A DNA stretch of 64,000 nucleotides from Flavobacteriales bacterium (GCA_040377305.1 JBEIPA010000008.1:1-64000); one strand, 5' to 3'. Positions 1 to 10,374 are shown, counted from the first letter of the stretch. Made by a program: numbers and translations. The notes: generated by a model not told the origin, from the sequence alone.

Positions 1-104
1 AAAACGGTTCCTTTGTGGTGTTTTTTTTTTGGCCCCTTTCCATACTTTTGTGTGTCGAATATTCATAACAATTTATTTGGCCACCCCACAGGGTCGAGAA
101 AAGT

Positions 105-791
105 CTACTGCACTCTCGCCACACTTATCGACCACACTCTCGGCTTGAACGGCTTCAGCAGCGGATTATCGCTCTGCACATCTACATCACCTAGAATCTG
201 CGCGCTTTCTTCCGGAGTTAAAGTCACTGCAGCGGGACCTTCGGAAAGCTGTACGGCAATTCCTCTTCCCTCGAGATCACCTTTCTGCCAGTCACGAACT
301 CCTCCAGCGAAATCCCAACCGAAACCTGCGAAAGTGAATGGACGTCCATTTATTTTCTGAAGTTCTTCAATCGACATTCCCAGAGAAACACCCGTGGTCG
401 ATTTCCATGCGCTCGTTGCGAGAGAATCCGCATACCAATCTGAATCGCTCACTTGTGTTACTGACAAGATTCCGATTTTCAGCCCGCTATTTAACCAGGT
501 AATTTCAATGTGCGAAGAAGGCTCCGTTTTCAGAATCGTTCCAATCGAAAAATATCCTTCGGCACCCCAAATGGTGTCGAGTGTTACATTTTCGTAACCA
601 AACTGAATCTTGAGTGCTTCCTCGTCGTGAATATTGAGGAGATTCTCCAACAGTGGTAGCGAAGCAATACTGTCAGCGGCTTTTATGCTGTCTGATTGTG
701 CTTTGTCCTCAGCGTGATTACTATTGCCTGTACAACTTGCGAGCGCAATTATTCCAGCAACCAGGCCTATTCCTAATACAGCGTTTTTCAT
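105..791 (-). CDS. Hypothetical lipoprotein
   Basis: ORF 105..824; ATG at 791 gives MKNAVLGIGLVAGIIALASC, a lipobox-type signal peptide. Confidence 0.75.
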   Translation of the reverse strand: MKNAVLGIGLVAGIIALASCTGNSNHAEDKAQSDSIKAADSIASLPLLENLLNIHDEEALKIQFGYENVTLDTIWGAEGYFSIGTILKTEPSSHIEITWLNSGLKIGILSVTQVSDSDWYADSLATSAWKSTTGVSLGMSIEELQKINGRPFTFAGFGWDFAGGVRDWQKGDLEGRGIAVQLSEGPAAVTLTPEESAQILGDVDVQSDNPLLKPFKPRVWSISVARVQ

Positions 792-953
792 GGATTTATT
801 TGGGTAGCCGAATGTACTCAACAATCATTTTCCGGCAAGCCGACCTGGACGATAATCCATCAAGTCAGACAGGGAATCCCCATCGAAAATCCGTAATTTA
901 GCAGACATCACGACCTAAAGGTATCGCGACCCATTATCTTAAGTTTCAAACCT

Positions 954-973
954 GCCCTAAGCTTGTCGAAGGG
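954..973. repeat. Single REP-like palindrome GCCCTAAGCTTGTCGAAGGG in the E1 leader
   Basis: CCCT...AGGG stem; resembles the dispersed CCCTGAGCTTGTCGAAGGG repeat recalled from Bacteroidota genomes. Confidence 0.45.
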
Positions 974-993
974 TCTTAAATAGTAAATCATAA

Positions 994-3411
994 ATGGCTA
1001 ACGTGGCGGAGAAAATGAACCCGGCTTCCAAAGAGAAATGGGAAGAATACAGGAACATTGTGTTAACAGATTTTCGTCTGGCAACTGAGAGTCGTGAAGC
1101 GAGTCTCACCGGGCGCAAAGAAGTTCTCACGGGCAAAGCGAAGTTTGGAATTTTCGGCGACGGAAAAGAAATCGCCCAGATTGCCATGGCGAAAGTTTTC
1201 CGCGAGGGCGATTTTCGTTCAGGATATTACCGCGACCAGACTTTCATGTTCGCTACGGGAACTTTGTCGTTGAAACAATGGTTCGCGGGACTGTACGCGC
1301 ATACCGATATTGAACAGGAACCGATGAGTGCAGGCCGACAGATGGGCGGACACTTTGCGACTCGTTCACTCAACGAAGACGGTTCGTGGAAAGATCTCAC
1401 GAAAATCAAAAACTCATCTGCCGATATTTCTCCAACCGGTGGACAAATGCCACGTCTTCTAGGTTTGGCAATGGCGTCGAAACATTTTCGGAACAATCCG
1501 GAATTGCACAACGGAAAATTCCAGCAGTTCTCGCATCAGGGAAATGAAATTGCTTTCGGTACAATTGGTGACGCATCAACTTCAGAAGGTTTGTTCTGGG
1601 AAACTATGAACGCTGCAGGTGTTATGCAGGTCCCAATGCTGGTTTCGGTGTGGGACGATGGCTACGGAATTTCTGTGCCGAAGAAGTACCAGACTACGAA
1701 AGAAAGTATTTCAGAAGCGCTTTCCGGATTCCAGCGCACGGCAGAGAAAAAAGGATTTCAGATTTTCAAAACAAAAGGTTGGAATTATCCTCACCTCATT
1801 GATACGTACGAAAAAGCAGCGAAGCTTTGTCGCGAAGAACATGTGCCGTGTCTCGTACACGTGGAAGAAGTGAATCAGCCGCAAGGACATTCAACTTCCG
1901 GTTCTCACGAGCGTTACAAATCGCCGGAGCGCTTGCAGTGGGAAACTGATTTCGATTGCGTGAAGAAATTCCGCAGCTGGATTGAATCTACTCAGCTTGC
2001 AACAGCCGAAGAGCTCGACAACATCGAGAAAGAAGCGAAAGAAAAAGTGAAGCTCGATCGTCGTGCTGCATGGGATGCGTACCTCGCGCCTATCAAAACG
2101 GAATTGAAAGAAGCCGTAGAACTTCTCGATCGCATGGCCGGAGAAAGTTCAAACGGGGCGTTCATTTCTAAAGTGAAGAGTGATCTCACTGCGAAAATGG
2201 ATCCGATCCGTAAAGACATTCATGGCGCAATCCGCACCGCGTTGAAATATACACGCAACGAAAACACCGCTTCGAAACAAGAAGCAATTCGTTGGGTACA
2301 ACTGAATACGATTGCGAATTTCAATCGCTACAGCTCAACACTTCATTCAGGCAAAGCCCTCGAAGTGAAACCTGTTGCAGTCGAATACGCCGATGACAAA
2401 ATGTACGATGGACGAGAAATCCTTCGCGACAACTTCGATTCCATTCTTGCGAACAACAAAGAAGTCATCATTTTCGGTGAAGACTCCGGATTCATTGGCG
2501 GTGTGAACCAGGGACTCGAAGGCTTGCAGAAGAAATACGGAGAGATTCGTGTATTCGATACAGGAATTCGTGAAGCAACAATCGCAGGACAGGCAATTGG
2601 CGCTGCTATGCGTGGACTTCGTCCGATAGCTGAGATTCAATACCTCGATTATCTGTTGTACGCAATCCAGATTCTGAGCGATGATCTCGCGACGTTGCAA
2701 TGGAGAACAATGGGAGGACAAAAAGCTCCTGTTATCATTCGCACACGCGGGCACCGCCTCGAAGGTGTATGGCATTCCGGTTCCCCAATGGGAATGATCA
2801 TCAATTCACTTCGCGGAATATATGTATGTGTACCGCGTAACATGACGAAAGCTGCGGGTTTCTACAACACATTACTCCGCGCTGATGAACCAGCTATTGT
2901 GATTGAGCCCTTGAACAGTTATCGCCTCAAAGAAAAAACGCCAGCGAACTGGGGCGAATTCTGCGAGCCACTAGGTGTTACAGAAACAATCCGCGAAGGA
3001 AAAGACATCACAATTGTGAGCTACGGTCCTACTTTGCGTTTAGCGATGGACGCTGCGAAACAACTTGAAGAAGTCGGTATTTCAGCAGAGATCATCGACG
3101 TGCAAACGTTGTTGCCATTCGATCTTAGTCACTCTATTGTGGATTCTGTGAAGAAAACAAATCGCCTGCTTGTTGTAGACGAAGACGTTTCAGGCGGAGC
3201 GAGTGCATTCATTCTGCAACAGATTGTTGAGACGCAAGGTGCGTTCCAGTATCTCGATAGCGAACCGAAAACATTAGCTGCGAAAGATCACCGTCCGGCT
3301 TATGGTTCGGATGGAGATTACTTCAGCAAGCCGGGAGCGGAAGATATTTTCGAGACCGCGTATGCGATGTTGTCGGAATCAGATCCGGGTAAATTTCCAC
3401 CGATCTACTAG
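994..3411 (+). CDS. 2-oxoacid (probably 2-oxoisovalerate) dehydrogenase E1, fused alpha+beta subunits
   Basis: TPP-binding GDASTSEG motif, YYRD, GHSTSG, FDTGIREATI and RPIAEIQY transketolase-type domains; 805 aa. Confidence 0.9.
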   Translation: MANVAEKMNPASKEKWEEYRNIVLTDFRLATESREASLTGRKEVLTGKAKFGIFGDGKEIAQIAMAKVFREGDFRSGYYRDQTFMFATGTLSLKQWFAGLYAHTDIEQEPMSAGRQMGGHFATRSLNEDGSWKDLTKIKNSSADISPTGGQMPRLLGLAMASKHFRNNPELHNGKFQQFSHQGNEIAFGTIGDASTSEGLFWETMNAAGVMQVPMLVSVWDDGYGISVPKKYQTTKESISEALSGFQRTAEKKGFQIFKTKGWNYPHLIDTYEKAAKLCREEHVPCLVHVEEVNQPQGHSTSGSHERYKSPERLQWETDFDCVKKFRSWIESTQLATAEELDNIEKEAKEKVKLDRRAAWDAYLAPIKTELKEAVELLDRMAGESSNGAFISKVKSDLTAKMDPIRKDIHGAIRTALKYTRNENTASKQEAIRWVQLNTIANFNRYSSTLHSGKALEVKPVAVEYADDKMYDGREILRDNFDSILANNKEVIIFGEDSGFIGGVNQGLEGLQKKYGEIRVFDTGIREATIAGQAIGAAMRGLRPIAEIQYLDYLLYAIQILSDDLATLQWRTMGGQKAPVIIRTRGHRLEGVWHSGSPMGMIINSLRGIYVCVPRNMTKAAGFYNTLLRADEPAIVIEPLNSYRLKEKTPANWGEFCEPLGVTETIREGKDITIVSYGPTLRLAMDAAKQLEEVGISAEIIDVQTLLPFDLSHSIVDSVKKTNRLLVVDEDVSGGASAFILQQIVETQGAFQYLDSEPKTLAAKDHRPAYGSDGDYFSKPGAEDIFETAYAMLSESDPGKFPPIY

Positions 3412-3417
3412 ACACAA

Positions 3418-3637
3418 CAGTGCTCAGTGCTCGGTTTTGTGAGAACCGGTATCGTGGTTTTATTGTGAGGCCCAAGATCTTTATGGTCAAAAAACTACAA
3501 AGACGCTAAGGCGCAGAGGACCGCAAAGAATAGTCCGTTTTAATCCGTCCTTTCCGCTCAATCCGCGTACCATCAAGCAAAGCACATCAGCCGAGATCTT
3601 ACCTTTCACCAAACCGAGAACTGAGAACTGAGCACTG
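3418..3637. repeat. Composite element with heptamer inverted ends (CAGTGCTCAGTGCTCGGTTT ... AAACCGAGAACTGAGAACTGAGCACTG)
   Basis: Inverted termini visible; 3420-3530 recurs at 10979-11089. Confidence 0.8.
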
Positions 3638-3734
3638 GGCACATTTGAATACGTAAGACCCCCTGATTTTAACAGTAAAATGAGCGTTTTTTCAAGCCCG
3701 TGTTTCCCTATTTTTACGTCACAAAATCCAAACC

Positions 3735-4787
3735 ATGAGAAAACAATTACTATTCGTATCGCTTGTTGCTTTTGCAGGTACTGCATCTGCACAGGTGACT
3801 ATTACCGACCTCGATCAGCCGCAAATTTTGCAAGTGTTCCAACAGGCTACTGATACTACAGGAACACAGAACGAAGGCGTTGCCGGTCCCGCGATTCCTT
3901 ATATGTTCGGAACCCTTCAGAACCAAGGTCAGGACAGTTTGACGTTCACGAATTCGCAGTGGACTGCATATTCGGCAAACTATCCTAATTCGAATCTTGC
4001 AATCATTCAGAACACGGGAGATGCATACATCTATACGATGATGAACAGTTCCGTTCTGGAAATGCACGGACAAGCTGCTGACCCATTTGGTAACGGTATT
4101 ATTCCGCTGACATTCACGAATCCGGAAACACAAATGATTTTCCCTGCTGCGTACGGCTCATCTTTTGGTGATACTGCAGGTGGTGTAAACAAGTTCTATA
4201 TGGGCTTTGATCCGGGAATCGGATTCACAGTTGACTCTGCACAGATTCACACAACGATCATCAAAGCTTCTGACTACGATGGATGGGGTTCTTTGACTTC
4301 ACCACTCGGAACATTCAACGTGCTTCGTCAGAACACTTACCGTAAGCAGATCGACACAATCGATATCTATGCTTTCGGTAGCTGGACTTACGCAATTTTC
4401 ACACAAGTTGATTCACTGCGTACCTACACGTATTGGACGAACGGAATTGGATTCCCGATTGTTGAATTGACAGACCAAGGCGATCAAGGAACAATCAGCA
4501 ACGCAACATGGTTGGTTTCATTACCGACGGTGACTTCAACTGATCCGATTTTTGTTGAATGCTTCGGCGTTTCTGCTTATCCAAACCCGGCGAGCACAAC
4601 AGCGACTTTCGCTACGCCTTTGGCAACAGGTTCTATCGAATTTCTTGACATGACCGGACGCGTTGTGAAATCACAAATCATCAACTCTTCAACTACAACA
4701 GTTGATGTTTCTGATGTAGCGAACGGAATGTACATCTATCGCGTGGTTGGAACTAACCAGCAAGGACAGATTCAGGTAGCGCACTAA
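3735..4787 (+). CDS. T9SS type-A sorting domain secreted protein (paralog 1)
   Basis: Signal peptide ending ASAQ; C-terminal AYPNPA...DMTGRVV...GMYIY. Confidence 0.85.
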   Translation: MRKQLLFVSLVAFAGTASAQVTITDLDQPQILQVFQQATDTTGTQNEGVAGPAIPYMFGTLQNQGQDSLTFTNSQWTAYSANYPNSNLAIIQNTGDAYIYTMMNSSVLEMHGQAADPFGNGIIPLTFTNPETQMIFPAAYGSSFGDTAGGVNKFYMGFDPGIGFTVDSAQIHTTIIKASDYDGWGSLTSPLGTFNVLRQNTYRKQIDTIDIYAFGSWTYAIFTQVDSLRTYTYWTNGIGFPIVELTDQGDQGTISNATWLVSLPTVTSTDPIFVECFGVSAYPNPASTTATFATPLATGSIEFLDMTGRVVKSQIINSSTTTVDVSDVANGMYIYRVVGTNQQGQIQVAH

Positions 4788-4813
4788 TCGCAGAACCGCA
4801 ACGTATATTTTGA

Positions 4814-4843
4814 GAGCCCCGGATTTTCCGGGGCTTTTTTTTT
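4814..4843 (+). terminator. Intrinsic terminator
   Basis: GAGCCCCGGA-ttt-TCCGGGGCTT followed by a T-run. Confidence 0.9.
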
Positions 4844-4962
4844 GATGCTGGTAATTGGCATTTCGTTGCCACTTACAGGCTGAATCCTGCCAATTGAATA
4901 GAAAAGGAAAAGCATTGTAACTAATACCGAACGATCGAAGTCTCATGCTTAAAACAAAAAAC

Positions 4963-6021
4963 ATGAAACAAATTTTATCGTTCGCAATCTCCTTAGTGAG
5001 CATTGGCTCATTTGCTCAAAATGCTCAAACCGTAACTATTATTAATTCTAATGACGTAGCGTATCCCGGGTTTCAGTACCAATACTATACGGATACGACA
5101 ACCAGCAATTTTGATCCAGGCTTGGGTGGCACAGGCTGGACCACAGACTTCACGTCGCTATTGCTGGATGAAACCGAAGTCCTTTCTATCGTAGATATTG
5201 CGCAAACTCCACTGGCATCTGTATACCCGTTAGCCGATCTCGTTATCTCTAACAGCAATGGAATGCTGGGTGTAGCAGCGAACACCGCAAATGCATTTAG
5301 CATAGTGGATGAAATCAATCCTGCATTCCAGGGACTCATCAATTTTCATTACACTCAACCGGACACCATGCTCAACTATAGTGTGGCTCTATATGATGAG
5401 TGGACAGACAACAGCTCCTACTACATGTCTATGTACTTTGGTGCGGATCCCGGTAACGGAACTATTGCCGATTCAATGCGATTGATTTCTACGAAACAAG
5501 AACATACAATCGTTGATGGAGAAGGCACTTGTATTACTGAAGCCGGCACCTACACTGCGTTGCGCATGCTAACAACCACTACTTCCACAGATTTCGTAGA
5601 GTTTTATCAAAATGGAACATGGGTTTCATTTGGGGTGATGGGACAGTCCTCAACGCAGACTTATACCTGGTGGGCCAAAAACACAGGGCTGTGGCTTGCT
5701 CTTTGTGAAATTGACGGCTCTACCGGTGAAATCATGAGCGTTTCACGTCTCGCATCCTTGACTACGACAACCGAAATTTCAGAGTCATCAAATCTCCCGG
5801 CGGTTAAGCTGTACCCGAATCCTGCCAGCGATTTCATCACCATTGAAAGTGCAATCAATGACAGTCAATTGGAAATAACTGATGTAACAGGCCGTGTAGT
5901 AAAATCAGTGCCGATCAATTCCACTGTAACTACTTTCAGTGTTGCTGATCTGTCTGCTGGAATGTACACATACACTATTACTGGTACGAATCAAAAAGGA
6001 CGCATCCAGGTAACGCGATAA
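4963..6021 (+). CDS. T9SS type-A sorting domain secreted protein (paralog 2)
   Basis: Likely start MKQILSF (4963); LYPNPASD...DVTGRVV...GMYTY; shares internal motifs with 3735..4787. Confidence 0.85.
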   Translation: MKQILSFAISLVSIGSFAQNAQTVTIINSNDVAYPGFQYQYYTDTTTSNFDPGLGGTGWTTDFTSLLLDETEVLSIVDIAQTPLASVYPLADLVISNSNGMLGVAANTANAFSIVDEINPAFQGLINFHYTQPDTMLNYSVALYDEWTDNSSYYMSMYFGADPGNGTIADSMRLISTKQEHTIVDGEGTCITEAGTYTALRMLTTTTSTDFVEFYQNGTWVSFGVMGQSSTQTYTWWAKNTGLWLALCEIDGSTGEIMSVSRLASLTTTTEISESSNLPAVKLYPNPASDFITIESAINDSQLEITDVTGRVVKSVPINSTVTTFSVADLSAGMYTYTITGTNQKGRIQVTR

Positions 6022-6043
6022 ACGTAACGCATGTCTATAATAA

Positions 6044-6070
6044 GAAGCCCCGATTTAATTCGGGGCTTTC
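6044..6070 (+). terminator. Intrinsic terminator, possibly bidirectional
   Basis: AAGCCCCGA/TCGGGGCTT stem between convergent genes. Confidence 0.75.
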
Positions 6071-6136
6071 ATGCATGCTAAATTCTGTAAATCGGTTCCG
6101 GGCCAGTTCATTTGATCTTCACCTTCCCGACCCAGG

Positions 6137-7183
6137 TTAAATATTCTTCACTGCAATTCTCAGTTTAGCAGACTTCGCCCGCGGATTCTGAAAACATTCT
6201 TCCGCAGTTGGTCTCAACGGTTCTTTCGAGTACTCGCTAAAAATTCCTTCGCGAAAAAAATACTGAAACGCCTTCTTCACCCGTCGATCTTCTCCGGAAT
6301 GAAAAGTAAGAATGGCAACCCGACCGCCGGGCGCCAATGCATCCGGAAGTTTATCGAGAAATTTCTCCAGCACCTCGAATTCGTTGTTCACCGCAATGCG
6401 TAACGCCTGGAAACACCGCTGACATGCTTTCCTGATTTCTTCCTTGCGGGTTTCCTTCGGGACAAATTCCAACGTCTCGGCAATCACGTCACGAAATTCT
6501 GTTGTTGTTGCAAACGAAATTCCTTTCGTGCGTTCATAGACAACCGCTCTCGCAATTTCAGAAGCGTAAATCTCGTCAGAGTACTCAAAGAAAATTTCAG
6601 CGAGTTCTTCCTGACTTGCTTTCTTCAGAATTGCAGAAGCCGGTTTTCCGTAATGCGGATTCAATCGCAAATCAAGTGGACCGTCGACTTTAAATGAGAA
6701 GCCCCGATCCGGATTATCAATCTGCATGCTCGACACACCTAAATCAGCGAGCACAAAATTCAGCGGACCACTTTCGGCAACAACTGCTTCAATGTCGGAG
6801 AAATTCATTTTTCTCGGCTGGAAAATTTCTTCGCCGTATCCAAAACCTTTCAGTCGTTCAGTCGTGCGGGGTAACTCAATCGGATCGACATCTGTTGCGT
6901 ATAACATGCCTTTACTATCAAGCCCTTTGAGAAGCTCGAGTGAATGTCCGCCATAACCAAGTGTTGCATCTAATCCAACTTGTCCAGGCTGAACATTCAG
7001 AAACTCCATGATCTCCTGCACCATGATAGGACGATGCATTCCCGCTGGTGTTCTTCCCTGCGCAATGATCTTCGCAACATCTTCCGCATACTTCTCCGGA
7101 TTCTGCTCCTTGTACTTGTCTTTAAAAGACTTCGGGTGAGTGCCGGAATAGCGGGCGCGGCGTTTTGGTTTTTCGTCGGACAT
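6137..7183 (-). CDS. rsmH: 16S rRNA m4C1402 methyltransferase RsmH-family protein, outside the dcw cluster
   Basis: HRPIM, DATLGYGGHS, DLGVSSMQID, GPLDLR, FQALRIAVN, FHSGEDRRVK, NPRAKSAKLR. Confidence 0.85.
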   Translation of the reverse strand: MSDEKPKRRARYSGTHPKSFKDKYKEQNPEKYAEDVAKIIAQGRTPAGMHRPIMVQEIMEFLNVQPGQVGLDATLGYGGHSLELLKGLDSKGMLYATDVDPIELPRTTERLKGFGYGEEIFQPRKMNFSDIEAVVAESGPLNFVLADLGVSSMQIDNPDRGFSFKVDGPLDLRLNPHYGKPASAILKKASQEELAEIFFEYSDEIYASEIARAVVYERTKGISFATTTEFRDVIAETLEFVPKETRKEEIRKACQRCFQALRIAVNNEFEVLEKFLDKLPDALAPGGRVAILTFHSGEDRRVKKAFQYFFREGIFSEYSKEPLRPTAEECFQNPRAKSAKLRIAVKNI

Positions 7184-7288
7184 TACTTCTTTCTCTTTCC
7201 TTTCTTGAGTTGTTTCTTCTTCTCAGGTGCGGACAAATAATTTTCATTCGTCACAATTCAACTGGAACAATAAGATGCACAGTTGTAA

Positions 7289-8668
7289 TTAAAGCCTTAC
7301 ACCGATCACGAGTATATCATCCACCTGTTCTGTTCCTTCTTTCCACTGTTCAATATAATCGTCAAGAATTTGCTCCTGCTCACTCATTGGTTTCTCCTGC
7401 ATGGAAACAAGAATCTCTTTGAACTTTTTTGTGGTCAGTTTCTTACTGTTCGACCCGCTGAACGTATCTGCATAACCATCGGTGGCGATATACAAAGTGT
7501 CATTAGGTTGCAAGGTCACTTCGTGGCTCTCAAAATGCTGGCTGTCGTGAGTGAATCCGCCAATTGCATGCTTTGTACCTTTAATTTCCTCAATCATTGT
7601 TTGACCATCCCGGATAATCCAAAGCGGTCTGTTTGCGCCTGCGAATTTAACCACACGCGTTTCTGTGTCGATAGAACAAAGTGCAATGTCCATACCGTCG
7701 CGTGTCGATTCATCGCTTTCAGTTTGATGTAACGAAGTCCGGATTCCTTTATTCAATAGCATCAGAATTTCGGAAGTATCTGAACTTTGAGAAACAGCAT
7801 CATCCAGAACTTCGGATCCAATCATACTCATGAAAGCGCCTGGGACGCCATGACCCGTACAATCTACCGCTGAGATCAAAACTAGTTTTCCCTTTTGATG
7901 AAAGAAATAGAAGTCGCCACTGACAATCGCCTTTGGTTTATAGAGCACAAAATTCTGCGGAAGTGCTGCAGTTATTTCTTCACGCGCAGGAAGTTTCGCT
8001 TGCTGGATACGTTTTGCGTAGTTAATACTGTCTGTAATCTCCTTGTTCTTTTCTTCAATGAGATCTTTCTTCAATTCCAGTTCCTTGTTCGTTTCAACAA
8101 GTGCAAGACGCGCAATGATCTCCTTTTTTGTCAATGAATAACGTGCCTGAATAAGCACAACTGACATTATTGAAACAGTGAAAACAAGCATTCCTCCGTT
8201 TATCAGAATCTCCTGCACAGTAAGCGCGCTGTACAGATGAAAGCAGATAACATTGACGATGAGCGACGTTACTACTACGCCAATCGACCAGATCGGCTTC
8301 CAGAGTACCAGCATTCCCGCACCGATGAACAAGGCTAAGTAAGCGAACGCGTGCTTCTGAAGCATCGGCACGTCCATCACACTCCACATGTATGCGTTCT
8401 GCAGGGAAATTCCCAGCACCGGAATGAGCATCAGTAATTCCGTGCTGAGATTAATTCTTTTCCGCAACAACACCGCGACCAAAGTGATCACTGTAACGAT
8501 CATTCGCAGGACGAAGAATATTTTCCAGTATCCGGGAATTGTAAAATAGTCCGCAATGAACCAGATCGGATTCAGGAAAATGGCAACCCAACACACGATC
8601 ACGTGATGCTTCGTGGCAATGCGTGTTAATTCGCTTTGCCAGTCAACATTAGACGCAAGATTTTTCAT
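7289..8668 (-). CDS. Multi-pass membrane SpoIIE/PP2C phosphatase
   Basis: About 6 TM segments, SINYAKRIQQA coil, VSGDFY, DCTGHGVPGA, DGMD, TDG, QVDDILV. Confidence 0.9.
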   Translation of the reverse strand: MKNLASNVDWQSELTRIATKHHVIVCWVAIFLNPIWFIADYFTIPGYWKIFFVLRMIVTVITLVAVLLRKRINLSTELLMLIPVLGISLQNAYMWSVMDVPMLQKHAFAYLALFIGAGMLVLWKPIWSIGVVVTSLIVNVICFHLYSALTVQEILINGGMLVFTVSIMSVVLIQARYSLTKKEIIARLALVETNKELELKKDLIEEKNKEITDSINYAKRIQQAKLPAREEITAALPQNFVLYKPKAIVSGDFYFFHQKGKLVLISAVDCTGHGVPGAFMSMIGSEVLDDAVSQSSDTSEILMLLNKGIRTSLHQTESDESTRDGMDIALCSIDTETRVVKFAGANRPLWIIRDGQTMIEEIKGTKHAIGGFTHDSQHFESHEVTLQPNDTLYIATDGYADTFSGSNSKKLTTKKFKEILVSMQEKPMSEQEQILDDYIEQWKEGTEQVDDILVIGVRL

Positions 8669-8798
8669 ATCTGCCAAAATGCGGGAATTCGTTCGTAAGT
8701 GTACAAAGTTAACCTGTCTTGACTAAACTAATTGACACAAGTATGAAAACGACGAAGCAAAAAATGTTTCGCCACAGCGTAGATAGACGAACAACGAA

Positions 8799-9374
8799 TT
8801 ACTTCTCAAAATCCAGATTCGTGGGACCATCAACGGTCGCGCTCGACTTCGGACTTGATCCAGTAACAGGAACTGTATTGTCAACGATCTCAAACTGAAG
8901 ATTGTCGAACCAGATTTGTCCGGTGCCGTTGAGTAATGCGCCATACGCAAGCATCGATGCATTTGAAGGAACATCGAGGACAATTTCGCACTTTGTCCAT
9001 GCAGTAGTGCCTTTGATAGGTCGATCGTGCATATTGTCGAACGAAAGCGACTTCGTAGAGCCCGCTTGATCAACACGCAACCAAAGTCCGGCCCAGCTCG
9101 TCACATTTTCCGACTTCACGTACCCAGTCATTCGCACCCGCTTACCGAGGTACACGCCCGGCATGGATTGCTGCATGAGCGTTCCGAAACCATCAATGTT
9201 CTTCTCGATCGATTTGATCGTCGCCGCATTCACCCCATTCTGACCTGCGCCCTTGTCGGTTCCCATTTGATAGCTTTTTGGTTTGCTACCTGCGGCGAAC
9301 CAGCCAGTTGGAATGTCGTAGGAACACAGAAGGATCAATGAGGTGATTCCTGCAAAACTGACGAATCGTTTCAT
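8799..9374 (-). CDS. Secreted hypothetical protein with a CBM-like beta-sandwich domain
   Basis: Signal peptide; GKRVRMTGYVK, WAGLWLRVD, GQIWFDNL pattern of a domain also seen in esterases and S41 peptidases. Confidence 0.7.
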   Translation of the reverse strand: MKRFVSFAGITSLILLCSYDIPTGWFAAGSKPKSYQMGTDKGAGQNGVNAATIKSIEKNIDGFGTLMQQSMPGVYLGKRVRMTGYVKSENVTSWAGLWLRVDQAGSTKSLSFDNMHDRPIKGTTAWTKCEIVLDVPSNASMLAYGALLNGTGQIWFDNLQFEIVDNTVPVTGSSPKSSATVDGPTNLDFEK

Positions 9375-9482
9375 GGGGGAAGAGTTTTGAGAAGGGAAGT
9401 TAAGTCAATTTTCGAAAAGTTTAACTGTGAATTTCAACAGTTATTCTCAGTATCCCGGTGCTTCCGTGGTAAATTTTTACTG

Positions 9483-9490
9483 TAATTTGT
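9483..9490 (+). promoter_or_regulatory. Bacteroidota -7 promoter box (TAATTTGT) 4 nt before the murQ ATG
   Basis: Similar to TAnnTTTG consensus. Confidence 0.5.
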
Positions 9491-9494
9491 AGCT

Positions 9495-10295
9495 ATGCAA
9501 AAAATCACCGAATCCTCTTCCAACTACAACGATCTTGAAAAAATGTCGGTGAAGGAATTGCTGACGAATATCAACAAGGAAGATCAGACGGTGCCGATGG
9601 CGATTGAAAAGATCATTCCCGAAATTGAAAACCTTGTGACTACGATTGTTTCGCGTATGCAGAACGGCGGTCGCTTGTTTTACATGGGCGCAGGCACGAG
9701 TGGACGATTGGGAATTGTAGATGCTTCGGAGTGTCCGCCGACGTATGGTGTGCCGCACGGAATGGTCATTGGATTAATCGCAGGTGGTGATGCAGCCATT
9801 CGTAAAGCTGTTGAATTTGCAGAAGACAGCAAGGAACAAGGATGGAAAGATTTACAGGAGCATGAAATCGGCAGAGATGATGTGGTGATTGGCATTGCTG
9901 CTTCGGGAACCACACCGTATGTGATTGGCGCTTTGGAGAAATGTAATTCCCTCGGAATAATCACGGGATGTATTACGTGTAACCCGGGAAGTCCGATTGC
10001 AGAACTGGCGAAGTATCCGATTGTCGCTGCTGTTGGTCCGGAATTTGTAACGGGCAGTACGAGAATGAAAAGCGGCACTGCGCAGAAATTAATCCTCAAT
10101 ATGATTTCAACCGCGGTGATGATTCGGCTCGGTCGTGTACAAGGCAATCGCATGGTAGATATGCAGCTCAGTAATCACAAACTTATTGACCGTGGCACGA
10201 AGATGGTGATGGAAGCGACTGGAACGAGTTACGAAGAAGCGAATGAACTACTAAAAAAACACGGTTCAGTAAGAAAAGCTATCTCGATGATGTGA
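9495..10295 (+). CDS. murQ: N-acetylmuramic acid 6-phosphate etherase
   Basis: GAGTSGRLG, DASECPPTYG, GIAASGTTPYV, GPEFVTGSTRMKSGTAQK. Confidence 0.95.
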   Translation: MQKITESSSNYNDLEKMSVKELLTNINKEDQTVPMAIEKIIPEIENLVTTIVSRMQNGGRLFYMGAGTSGRLGIVDASECPPTYGVPHGMVIGLIAGGDAAIRKAVEFAEDSKEQGWKDLQEHEIGRDDVVIGIAASGTTPYVIGALEKCNSLGIITGCITCNPGSPIAELAKYPIVAAVGPEFVTGSTRMKSGTAQKLILNMISTAVMIRLGRVQGNRMVDMQLSNHKLIDRGTKMVMEATGTSYEEANELLKKHGSVRKAISMM

Positions 10296-10374
10296 TAATA
10301 GGATTATATGATGATCGGATGAGTTTATACTGGCTCCAAATCCTATCATTCAATCATCAAATCATCCTATCATA
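10292..10374. repeat. Inverted 8-mer array (ATGATAGG / CCTATCAT family)
   Basis: Degenerate ATGATAGG units start at the murQ stop; complementary units at 10339-10374; a single arm recurs at about 36750-36790. Confidence 0.6.

Noticed and set aside
20-30. Poly-T tract as a phase-variation site
   Set aside because: Intergenic, at the window edge, and A-rich tracts are normal upstream of Bacteroidota genes
3487-3792. 101-aa minus-strand ORF
   Set aside because: Runs through the repeat element and is antisense to a real gene start
4856-4871. TGGCA...TTGC as a sigma-54 promoter
   Set aside because: Spacing is one base short of the strict -24/-12 distance
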